A stretch of DNA of 62,690 nt, counting the filler, from Choristocarpus tenellus KU-1152 (lineage: Eukaryota > Protista > Phaeophyceae): NCBI GenBank assembly GCA_964200185.2. It is 10 parts of 10 records of this genome, joined end to end, with 100 filler letters (N's around TTAATTAATTAA, not from the genome) between each part and the next. Parts side by side here need not be neighbours in the genome. Positions count along the whole stretch, not along the records: positions 1 to 6,718 come from CAXNAD020007494.1; positions 6,819 to 13,581 come from CAXNAD020007400.1; 8 more parts are not named here. The stretch is one strand, 5' to 3'. The notes beneath the pieces are model-generated. The model was given only the letters and a program-made list of their open reading frames with translations. It made no database searches and was not told the DNA's origin. Numbering within the stretch: the first letter of the stretch is position 1; the number at the start of each line of letters is the position of its first letter. Position numbers and translations under genes: made by a program. Positions 1-11,068 of this stretch are shown piece after piece.

Positions 1-3000
1 CCCCCGGCGAAAACAACTCTACGAAACTGGCAGCAAGGCGTAAAGTCCCTTTGACCAGAGTCCTTCGAGGTACTGAAGGAAGTCTGTGAGACCTCGTCAC
101 CACAGGTTGACCGCAACGTAGTCACACTAAACTATCTGAGAAGCGAGGAGTTTGCCGGCTTCACTTCTCTCAAGCAGGGGCTATGCATCCATCTGCTTGC
201 TAGGCAAGTCAAAACTCCACTGTGTTTTATCGTGTAGACAGCAGTAAGCGCAATTTGTGCAGGTTGCAGCACATTGCACAGGAATGTGAAATAAGTGTCT
301 CGTGCGATGAAGAAGGTAGTCGGCCATTGTTGTGTCGAACGAAAATCCCTTCGTAGTATTCTGGGAATTCTACAAACAGTGTGTGTTTCCTGTGTATGTG
401 CGCTCTCGTCTTTTAGGAAGTATGACAATCGATCCATGAATATTTGCTGCAGTGGCGACCCTTTCCTCTTCATAACCTGCGCATCGTTCTCGTTGACGTC
501 CTTCATGGCAATTCTATTTTAGCAGGTACAAGTCGTTCTACAGGAAGGTTCCTACGGCGAGGGACCACAAGGACATCGAATCGGCCGTGCACATGTCTGA
601 GATGGTTATCTCACGCACCAGGCAGATTGTGCCCAAGGAGAAGTGGACACCAGAGCTCCAAAGGTTGGTAAATGGTGCAGTTGCAGCGGTTATCTTTTTT
701 TGCCTTTTCCGTATCTCCTGTTCACCCATACGTCGCCATGCGCCCCTCAATTGTAAAGTATACTCTCAGCGTCTTTTTCTGCACTGCACTTATTGATTGA
801 TGCAAAACCGCTCTGAATTCCGGATGTTACATGAATGATGCATGGGCCGCCAGAGAAATGGACAGGCTCGCATACGAGAAGTGCAGTATGCACGACCTCT
901 GGGTCAAGCCCCACTACGAGGAGAGGAAGAAGGAGGTGGCCCAACTTTTGCAGAAGGTTTCATCTGGCGACCAACAGGCGGGGCCCGTCCGCCAACTGAG
1001 GGCAAACATCGCCACGGTAGTCGGAATGAAACCTCTGCAAAGGGTCAGAGCCGTGAGTGTGCCTCCTGTGTTCGTAATTACAGCTGAAATGGCTTGTACC
1101 GAAAAAAATAGTTGATGCTTGGTAGGATTGGTGGTGGGCCTTCGTCATCATCATGAGCGACAGAGTTGCCTTCCCTGCAACAAACGTTGCTGTTTTGTCA
1201 GTTCTAGTCTTTCGTTGCTAATAGCGGGAACAGCCAATCGTTTCCTTCAACTGTAGATAACGATCTTGGTCAATCTCCATCTCGTTTCTGCCTCCAACAT
1301 GCGTCACTGAAAAAACCTACATACAGACTGGCGTCCTCGACATGGACTTATTTTAAACTATTTCGCCCCACAAGCCGCCTCCATCAAACACGTTCACCAC
1401 ATCAACCATATCGTTTGCTCTGTTCACTCCTCCATGCTGTTGTACTTCCATTACACTATCACATTTTTGACGTCACCATCGTCCCCTCCTCTCCTCAATA
1501 ACGTCCTCCGCCGTGTCCACCACTACATTTTCGAGAAGGACTCGACTCTACGCGCTTACCTCACCGCCTGGGATGGGAAATACCAGGATGTACTCAACCA
1601 GGTCAACCTCCACCAGGTTCACAGCGGGCGGGGCTGTGATGTCGGCGGCGCAGAAGTTGAGAGCAACAACGGATCGGGATCAGATGGCTGTAAGAAAGAA
1701 GACGAGGGAGGGCGCGAACACCAAGGAGGGGACGAAGAGGAGGGAGGGAACGGACTGCCAGACAGGGAGGATACGGGCGAAGGGGGTTCTGTCAGCAGTG
1801 TTCCTGGTGCGGAAGTAGAACAAAACGGCCATGGAGGGTGGAACGCAGGCGTTTGCCTTACTGAATGCAATCCTCCACCTACGTCTCGGTGAGTGATGTA
1901 GTTGTAACGGTGCACACGAGGATGGAGTGTAATTAATGGCGTAAGATTGGTTTCCATCCAATCCCCCAAACAGATAGATACGTTGTATCTTTTCAGTGGC
2001 GCACGCCATTGAACCGATGGTATGTTGAGGGGTCCCTCTATGTGTGACGCTGCGGTTGCTGTCCCCACGTCTCTTTATTTGCCACTGTCCGATTGTGTGT
2101 TAATGCATGTACATCACCGACTGTTGTATCTCACCTGTACTACTTTGTGCTGTTTAGCGCGGCCAATTTCGTGGTCCTTCGTAACCGTGGATCCCCCGCG
2201 TTGCGTTGTTGCGCCCAAATAATGATCTAGAAAAATACTATCCTGTCTGTTTAACGCTCTGATTCGATGACACGCGCGATAGGTATTCATGCCCAAAGGG
2301 CTCCATCACGCATATGGGCGAATGTGCCTATGTGGAGATTATAGAGGACGAGATGCACAAGGATCGATTATGTATCAATTGCCCCATGGAACAGGAGGGC
2401 AGTGAAGGGTCTGGATCGGTGGGGAACGAAGCGGCGGGTCGGGGCAGGGGCAGGGGCAGGGGCAGGGGCATGGGTAAGGCTCACGCAAGGAGCACAGGCG
2501 GGTCACCCACGACGCAAAGCCTTTTACGTCCCCCCTCACGCAGCGAAACGGCGGACATGGAGAAGTGCATGTGGGTCTCGGCATGGTTGCACATTATACA
2601 GACATACAAGTCGTCTCTGCGTGTTTATTTTCGCGTTGGTTTGCACATAGGTCTTGGCTGCTTGTACATCATGTGGATTGCTCGTCCTTTGTGCCAAGGA
2701 TGTGTCGTTTTTTTGGAGGTTTCCATGGGCCATGGAACTTAGTGTTTTGACGTCTACCCTCCTTCCATGAGATGTATCTGACGAGTCTGGTGTTGTGGAG
2801 GGTACGGCTTGACATTTTGGAGATGCCGTGGAAATATTGTCAGGACCTCACTTAATGAAAAGATTGCCTGCACCGTAGCTTACTACGCTGTCCTTCTTGT
2901 CGTGCTGTCTGTCTACTGTGTCGTGTGTCATGATGTCCAAGCAGGAGTGAAAACACCGCACTACACGACCTTCGCCCTCTCAACCCCACGGTACCCTTAG

Positions 3001-6000
3001 ACCACCTGAAAGAGTTCGCCTTCCGCAATGCGCCAAAGCTCGCCATAGTGTCCATTGCCGCCGAGTCAAGACTCCTCAATGACGAAGAGGCGACCAACAC
3101 ACACTTGCGCCAGGTGCTTAAGTGCTTTGCGGGTGAAGATACATCCTCAGGGCACCCTCGCGCTCATTGTGCCCCACCTGTGGATGGCGTAATTACACCA
3201 CCTAGGCAGTGAGTTGCAGAGTTCGCAAGCACTGGAATACGGGGTATATTGCAGGAGACTGTTGCGATCCGCCATGGTGGTTATCATTCCGTCCGTGGCC
3301 CATCGAATATTATGCGGCCGTTCAGGAGATGCGGATTAGGTCGTGTGTCTTTCTTTTCACTTTCCCCATGTTATTTTATGTCCTTCGTACCTTCTACTTC
3401 CTTTTGTGCCGCTTGCTCTTTCCCCCGGGTCCTTCGTAGTTCTTTGTTTCATTGTACGCGAATCGCATGCTGGTGTTACTTGTCTTCACTACATTATTTT
3501 TGCCATATTTTCTTCTATTATTACTTAATTTCCTATTGTTTGCATTTTTTGCATTTGTTATTTGCCTTGTATTCCACACTCATTGTACTATTATAATGTT
3601 AGTGGTATGAGATTTCGTGAATCCCTATGATAACTACTTGTGTGATGTCACTGTCAAGTTTGATGCATGCTGGACCCACGCACTCGCTCCTGCATTCTAT
3701 TCATTCAGAGGCTCTTATGGCGTCAAAGGTGGGCTTGATTGTGGAGGATCATCCCCTAAGCCTAATATACAAGACGAGGGGGGGGGGGCGCCCTCAATTG
3801 GTTACTGATAACCATCTCAGATGTTGACAGGACATTATTATTCTCGTGCACAACGATGGGACAATGCTAACATGCAATAAGCGAGTCACGGTCGACGACA
3901 TCTTTGGCCATGGGCGTGATGCATCTCCTCCGGTACTCCAAACCATGTTGGACGTCGAGTACGAAGGTGCTGCAACGGACATCCCCATGAGGGCCCTCCA
4001 CTTCCTCGTTAATAGGTTCGTTAATAACGTCATACACACCCTTCTTCACAGAAGCAGCGATTTTTTTTTGTATAGGTGTAGTAGATCGTTAAACAGTAAC
4101 AGAACGAGCTGGGTGACGGTTCAGGGGCGTCGAACCATCCCACGAGTTTGTTTCCCCGAATCGGTACGTTAAGCGTCGAACCGCACCAAGAGTGTGTTGC
4201 CCTGTATTGAATGTTACTCATACATTGTGATATGATGAATCCGTGCGCAATACAATATACTCCATAGGGATTAATTGACGAATTGCCCTCCTATGATAGG
4301 TATACGAATGCTGGGGACACCGTCGTCTCCTACAGCACAGAGAGGCACAACGTGGTGGAGACGGCCCTTGAACGGAGCAGGAGGGTGGAGGTGTTCGTGT
4401 CCAACGCGGCGTCAAAGGACGAGGTGAAAGAGACGATGGACACGTCCTTCGGCCAAGCCTACAATGACGGCAAGTGGAAAATAAGAAGGGTGTACTGAAT
4501 TTTTTTTCCATTGCTTTCCAACTTGTTGTCTGTCTTGGTTCGCTATGGATAGGTCTCGGGCGTGCAATTGTACTAGTGATGTTTCCTTGTAGATGTTTAC
4601 ACGTTGCTAACAGGGTGCATGCAGTTACCCACACCACCGCTGGAAATCGCGAGTCCCCAAGACTTTGGTGTGAGCGTCGATACTTCGTATTGTCCTCCTT
4701 CCCCACACGAACAAAAAAAAAACGTGCTGCAGTACACCACAATATCTTTAACCAACGCCGGAATAACCCATACATATGTGGCGAAACCTTATCGCATGGC
4801 TAATCCACTTCGCTGCCACATTGTTGGGCTGTCACATGTACACACATGATGTTCCAGGTATCCACGTCTCTTGTTCAAGAACGCGTGATAGGCCCTTCCT
4901 GCCTGCAGGAAGCCTTGGGGCAGACCCTCGTCCCAACGGAGACGCAGCGATGTTTTGCTGAGGCCGTCAATCCTCAGGGAAAGGCAATGGGACGCGATGA
5001 GGCGACAATTTTCGTTGCGATGACAGTGGCAACAGGCTTCAACTACCAGATCGAGGTGAATGTGGTATAGAATGCACTAACTTACGTATTTTGTGAAGAA
5101 CGAACGGCAGAGTTTAGTTACCGGCACCCAGAATACACTCTTTTTTTTTATTCCCAAGTCCTAACCTACCTAATGCGGCACCCAAATACGTCGCGTAGAA
5201 AACTGCTGGCCTAGCAGGTAAGTATTGGATCGGTAGTGTGTTCGACTTTTTTCCACAATAATGGTTGCCGTTTATGCACCACCTCCTTCAGACGATATTA
5301 CTTCCAAATCACAAACATTCATGAATTGCCATACTCTGCCCCCCCCCCCAGCACCCCTCGACCCCACCCAACCCCACCGCCGTCTTTGCCTTCCACAATA
5401 TTCAGCCGCGTACAAGCTCGTCCTCGAATCTCGCGGAAATGGTCTTATTCCCGCTTGAAGGGAAAGACTACAAAGTCGGCGGAAATGACCTCCCTGCATG
5501 GGGTGATCTCGAAGTGTGCAACTCTCGATCAGAGGCCTTCAGTTCGACCTCTCTTGAAGACCAAGAAGAACAGTACATTCGTCTGCTTCATGTGGCCAAT
5601 AACAGACAACTCAAGCGCATGCTTTCGCCTGGAATGGAGGTGTGTGGGCCAGGCGCAGAGCTCTACTTGCGCGTGACAGCCACTTGCCCTCTCTACTACA
5701 TGCGTTGGACCGAGAAGGCAGACAACGCCAACATTGAATTCCCGTGAAAAGTGCCGCAGAGCGGAAGCCGTCAACAGGTACCCCTCCCCTTCTCCCAGGT
5801 TGGCCCCGGGCAGATGTTCGTCACGCCCGTGGTTGGGAGATTGTGCAAACCTCGGGCAAAGAATGACACCAGATCACCATTCAACGCACTCCCGGGTCTT
5901 AGGGTAATGCGTTCTCGAGGGTTCAAAGTGGTGGATTCGGACTCTGAATTGACGCCAATGACCACTAGAAAGCGCAAGTGTCCCTCTTCCCGCACGGGTG

Positions 6001-6448
6001 GAAAGGGGAAAGGTCACAAGGTATGGAGGGGCACCGGTGATTCTGCCATGGAAGACGACCCGGACTATGTCAGCAACACGGAGGAAGACAAGGAGGAAGA
6101 AGAGAATGGTAAAGAGTATAATAGAGAGGAGGATGAAGGAGATGACGAATAGGAGTAAGAAGATAATCGGGACGGAGGGCGGGAAGGAGGGGGGAGGGGG
6201 GGAGAGGCGGGCAGGCGCACACGTTCGCAAAGTAATGATTGACCAACGGCAAACAGAGAATACGTGAGTGTTTTTGTTGATGATATCTCGTTTGTCCAAT
6301 AGTTAGTTCAAGGAGGTTGTTCGTGTGTCTCTTGAACTCCCGGGAACATGCTTACCAGAGTCGGCGCCCATTATTGCTTCAGGTGACGTGCAGAATTTCG
6401 CGAGGTGGCAGAGGGAAGAGGGGTACAACGAATGAGCAGCAAATTTAA
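1..6448 (+). pseudogene. Copy 1 of a repeated multi-exon gene: PHD-like finger / RG-rich linker / beta-class DNA amino-methyltransferase-like fold / SET-like domain / acidic tail; 5' end lies outside the window
   Basis: Phase-compatible exons read by hand: ~1202-1888, 2209-2570 (PHD-like), 2945-3208, 3709-4015, 4300-4480 (MTase-like: ...KIHPQG...TDIPMRALHFLVNR|YTNAGDTVVSYS...ALERSRRVEVF), 4858-5055, 5406-6263 (SET-like plus acidic), 6383-6448. Upstream coding-like pieces at 1-105, ~526-663 and ~815-1052 are less certain. Disabled by in-frame stops (e.g. TGA 52-54, 3825-3827, 5745-5747), frameshifts, a mutated acceptor (2206-2208) and a mutated donor (4481). Confidence 0.7.
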
Positions 6449-6718
6449 AAACCTGATGTTTTATTTTATTTTATGTGACGCAAGTTTTTTTTACTATATT
6501 TTAGCCCTGGACTGTGGTGGCCTTATTCTCCCTCTCCCTGCTCTTCTCTTGCGATGGATTACAAGTCCAACAACTTGCACGAGAAAATAGATAAATGCGG
6601 ATCGGCGGATCGGACAGGCAGGGTGGGGGGGGGGGGGGGGGGGGGGGGGCACCACAACAAAAGGAGGGGGGGGGGGGGGGGGGGAGGGGGAGGGGGGGGG
6701 GGCGGGGCGGGGTCAAAA

Positions 6719-6818
6719 NNNNNNNNNNNNNNNNNNNNNNNNNNNNNNNNNNNNNNNNNNNNTTAATTAATTAANNNNNNNNNNNNNNNNNNNNNNNNNN
6801 NNNNNNNNNNNNNNNNNN
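6719..6818. other. Artificial contig spacer 44N-TTAATTAATTAA-44N; identical spacers at 13582-13681, 16573-16672, 22844-22943, 37316-37415, 40948-41047, 44259-44358, 55104-55203 and 59259-59358; a 10-N gap at 11069-11078
   Basis: Fixed 100-bp length with a palindromic six-frame stop linker. Confidence 0.98.
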
Positions 6819-8178
6819 AAATGGACAGCCGCCACCCCCCCCAGATACTTTGAGCCTTGACATTAAATGAGGAACAAGAAGCAACAAACAAGACAGGATG
6901 TAACGCACACATAAGAAGAGACTGTACTGTTCACAATAATGAATGACCTTCAAACACCCAACAGTAGTAGTGGTAGAATATCAGGAATCAAAAACCAACT
7001 CCATCCAAACTGCTAGAAACCTACGCACTACTGGTAATTACATCGTATCTAAGATCAAACTGAAACATACGAAACGCACACAGCTGAGATCTGTACATCG
7101 TTTTTCGTCTGTGAATAGCAAACGGGTGTAAGTGTATTATTGAAGGATCGCCATTTGGTTGGTTGCATATTCTACTCTTAACCATTGAACAACATTACAA
7201 TTATCGTTGTCCCCCTCTCCATCGTTGTTATTGAAATCAAAGTTCTGAATGGAGAGGATTTGAGACTTCCAATTTCGCGATTAATTGACTGGGTTATTGG
7301 GGAAGGGGCGAGAAAATTGGTGTCCTGGTAGGGTGGTGATATGTCCCTGCCTCCCGACATCAAGGTGACACCCACACAGCCACCACACACAATCTAAATT
7401 TATTGAATCGGTAGTACATGTCTACACACGTCATCATGCTCGATACCAAGAGAAACCTTTTTGGAGGCGTGTACACACAGATGATGCGCACAATTGATAG
7501 AATAATACATAAAATAATATTCGGTTCCAGTTAATCGCGATATAATTGATGAATCCTATATTTATCGGTGCCGATTCACAACTCTGATATATTTCCATTT
7601 TGGCGTTGATGTTGTGAGGCACAGTCAATCAGTCCGTATTGGCGGAGTACCACTGTCGTGATGCATGGTCCGAATAATCACCAATGATAGAGAAATGTGC
7701 ATGCAGTACACTTATGTGTATGCTGGTATGTGGATTGGACTGAGACCAGGTTCTAACTAGGAATGTCCGTCGCATATATATTCCATTGATTGTTATTTGT
7801 ATGAAGGAATTCCGCGCGGAATCGCCGAATACAAGGAACACACGCTCATACGATTTTCACATATATATATATATTGAACTTTGAAAGATTGAAGAGATCC
7901 AACGTCTCGAACAAATTATATATGGAAATTTGAGAGGGGGACGAGGACAGCTGTTGGTAGTGGAAAAGTCAACATTGAACGATTAAAAACAAATATAGAT
8001 GTCTCGACTATACTAAACTCAAGTAATCTTTATGGCAGAATGCCTCCTTGTATGAACTTTGTAGTTTCAAACCAACCTCACCAGCTTCCCCCCCTCCCTC
8101 TACCCCTATCACTCCTTTGTTCTCGTTGTATCCACGACACATACACCAAGCATCTTACATATTCCCAGTACATCAAAG

Positions 8179-9435
8179 ATGATGAAGTCTATCACCTTTT
8201 TCTGCGCTCTCTTTGCCACAGCCTCTGCCAACTCTGCTGCTGGCCCTACTTTCACAATCGATGTGTCCGACACGAGCTTGTCTCAGGGTGTAGGTGAGCG
8301 ATAATCGTATCTTATGTCGCATCGAAGGCCGTAAGCTTGTTCAGCTTATTTGCTTGCCACAAATCCATTCCCCTGTATCTTATTGGTATCTAGATCAGGT
8401 ACTGCAACCTAGCAGCCAATTTTCAACCTGTCTTCGCTTGGTTGAAGTAGAGAAACCCTACATCGCCTTTGCCCACATTCCAGTCTCCGACGAAGATGTG
8501 TTCTGTCTATAGTCGATCATGTCTATTGTGATGCTTCTGAAATGTGTTTATTTGTTTTGATTGCTTGAACAGGCTCGCTCAACCTCGAGGGTGAGTACTC
8601 TCGGGAGATCGTGGACAATGTGGATGCAGGAGTGGTCTACAAGTACAACAGGTGATCATGTTTCTTTTCATGTGTGCTGTGATAGCATTTTCGGTTCGAA
8701 GCTAGAGTGCGATATCAAAGTTCAGAAATGCAATGCATGATTCAGCTGAGCGCGTGAAACACATAAATCGATATCATCGATAACTTGACAAACCATGCGC
8801 TCAATTCTGTCCCTGATCTTCGCTGCTTCCATCTTCGAAACAACAGCAACCGTGGCCTACCAACCAGCCTCTGGCTTAGCACCACCCAGGACATGGGAGA
8901 TGACACCTCGGCAAAGATCCGCGCTGAGATGGATGTAGAGTCAAAGAGCACTGTGATCGACTGTGTCGTGGAGAAAGGTGATGACTCGGTCGCTGTAGAC
9001 TTCGACACTACCGACAACCAGCTAGGCCCTGTCCGTATCAAGAAGTCCTTGGACATGAACGGCAGGAAGGTGATGGTGCAGCCCAAGGTTGACCTCCAGG
9101 CTAAGACAGGGGAGCTTGTTCTGAATGCCGAGCTTGATGGCGACACCACCATCGCTGAGCTTACCATCAACCAGCAGGATGAGTCTGCCGTTTTGGAGGT
9201 GTCGCACAAGCTCGATGACATCAACACTGTGTCCCCCAAGATGGACCTCAAATCGGGCGACATCTCTGTCCGCCTCAACCGCGACCTTGGGGAGGGAGCC
9301 TCAGTGGAAGTGACTGCTGACAAGACGAATGTGGACTGGGAGTATTCTGAGGGCAAGTGGTCTGTCAATGGCAACATCCCCCTTGAAGACTCTGGATCTT
9401 CTGCTATCTCTTTCAAGCGCAGCATCACCCTTTAG
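8179..9435 (+). CDS. Signal-peptide-bearing predicted beta-barrel (porin-like) protein, 260 aa, 3 exons (8179-8293, 8573-8651, 8847-9435)
   Basis: ATG, canonical GT-AG introns with matching phases, 783 nt total, TAG stop. N-terminus MMKSITFFCALFATASA is a typical signal peptide. The rest is short amphipathic strands separated by D/G/N turns and ends GKWSVNGNIPLEDSGSSAISFKRSITL. Gene structure is solid; the function is inferred. Confidence 0.85.
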
Positions 9436-10100
9436 ACGAAATTGTCTTTTCAATTGTTGGGTTTGATGTGACTACTTGAAAACTAGAGACTTTGCAGCAC
9501 TGCCTTTCACTGATTGACTAAATTTGTTGGGGGACAATTGAAATGTGACATAATCGTCTGGCTGCCAAGTCTTCCGATTGTGGTTTAACAAGAGATACAA
9601 AATTTGTAGTAGGTATGCAGTTGTCTGAATTGTATAGATAAGACATTATTTTTTGGAGAACCATCATAGATAAGGAGATAAACTAAATACTGAATTATAA
9701 ACCATCTTCTTGGCGAGTTATTCCCCCAGCCACCACTCCCATATTTTGAAGAGATTTGAATATTGTGACCAACCACATCCGATCATGTCTTCAAGTTGAG
9801 TCCTTGATATGAAGACTGAAATTAAGATGGGAGATGGTACTACATGCAGCGACTTGCAGTCTAATGACCCAGCACATCGGAAAGTACAGTAAGTGCTTCT
9901 GGATCTGTTAGCTAAAGCAATCAAGGGATGTTTTTTGGTGTTTTCAGGCCTCTTGATTAAACTTAGTTTGCGGTGTTCGCACACAATGTTATAAGCCAGG
10001 ATCGTGAAACTCTTACTTACCATCGGTACCCATCCCATATGACCCTGTATGAAGAAGCTCAGGTCCTTTTCTCGTCACCAGTTGAGTGGGCTTACATTAT

Positions 10101-11068
10101 CCATCCGATCTATGCAACCAAATCACCCAATAAATGTGGAAAAAATTGGACCCAAATGTACAGCCACCACCACCCCCCACTTTGAGCCAACACCTCCAGC
10201 ACAACATCAATGGTGTCCCAAACTAGTCTATGAAGTTGCACATGTCCACTCATGTTCACACGAAATCAAGTTCAGTCGTGAGCACACACTACTAGTAACA
10301 CGTAGATAATGCCATCAGTCCCAAGGAGGATATCTAAGGCGAGGCCCTATATTCCTATCACAAACGTTAGCGAAGTCAATGTGTTCGTTGACTGTACTGC
10401 CACCTTTACATGGTGAGGTGCTGGCTATTTGTTAGTCCCCTTAGCTAGCATGCAAAATGCTCATCAGGTGCTTGGATCCATTCATTACACACCTACCTGC
10501 CTGTATCACCTGATTGAGTATTCTGCGAATTAGCTCTACTCTTCAGGTGGGATCCTGAAACATCACCTTCAAGTAATTTCGTGACATGCACACCTTTCTT
10601 GCAAGAACTATACATATTAATCACACTTCATAAGTCGAAAATAGTTGGTAGGCACGTTAGCACGGTGAGTCCCCGAAACTGATGTTTTTGAGCTCTAAAA
10701 TGCACCATCGTTTTAGCTAGTGTGACAGATTTTCACGCTCACAAAAAAATCTCAAGAAGAGCCTCGCCTTAGGTATGTTTTTAGAGGCGCTTTTTGCAAC
10801 GGTGGTGATGGGTACACTCACTAGGTATTTTTTTGCCTATCCAATGGATGAAGTCGTATTGTAGACATAGGTGTCATACATCGTAGCAAGTTGCGTTCGC
10901 CTGTCAGATTGTGTCATCTACCGTATGGAAGGTTTCTTTGTTTTAAACCACGCTAAAATTGTTCTTGACGGAGCTCAAAGTATCTGGGGGGTGGTGGTGG
11001 CTGTTCATTTGGATCCAATTTTTTCCATGTCGCATTTTTTGGGTGATTTGGTTGCATACGTCTGATGG
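10101..11068. repeat. Two oppositely oriented ends (10101-10188 and ~10972-11068) of a second repeat family with terminus (G/A)GCTCAAAGTATCTGGGGG
   Basis: About 90 bp of reverse-complement similarity between the two segments. The same terminus recurs at 6819-6856, ~13499-13528, ~22818-22843 and 37416-37439. Confidence 0.75.

Noticed and set aside
1310-1335. NLHTDW as an HxD motif of a 2OG-Fe(II)/TET-JBP dioxygenase
   Set aside because: Copy 2 reads NLQTGQ at the same position, and no distal His or double-stranded beta-helix pattern is evident.
6763-6774. Recurrent TTAATTAATTAA palindrome
   Set aside because: Always centred in a fixed 100-bp N spacer; an artificial six-frame stop linker, not biological.
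8742-9428. 228-aa minus-strand ORF
   Set aside because: Antisense shadow of the spliced plus-strand gene; Ser-rich with no independent signals.
10101-11068. A single TIR element spanning 10101-11068
   Set aside because: The terminal motifs face each other (10188 and 10972), so these are ends of two separate elements extending outward, not the TIRs of one.
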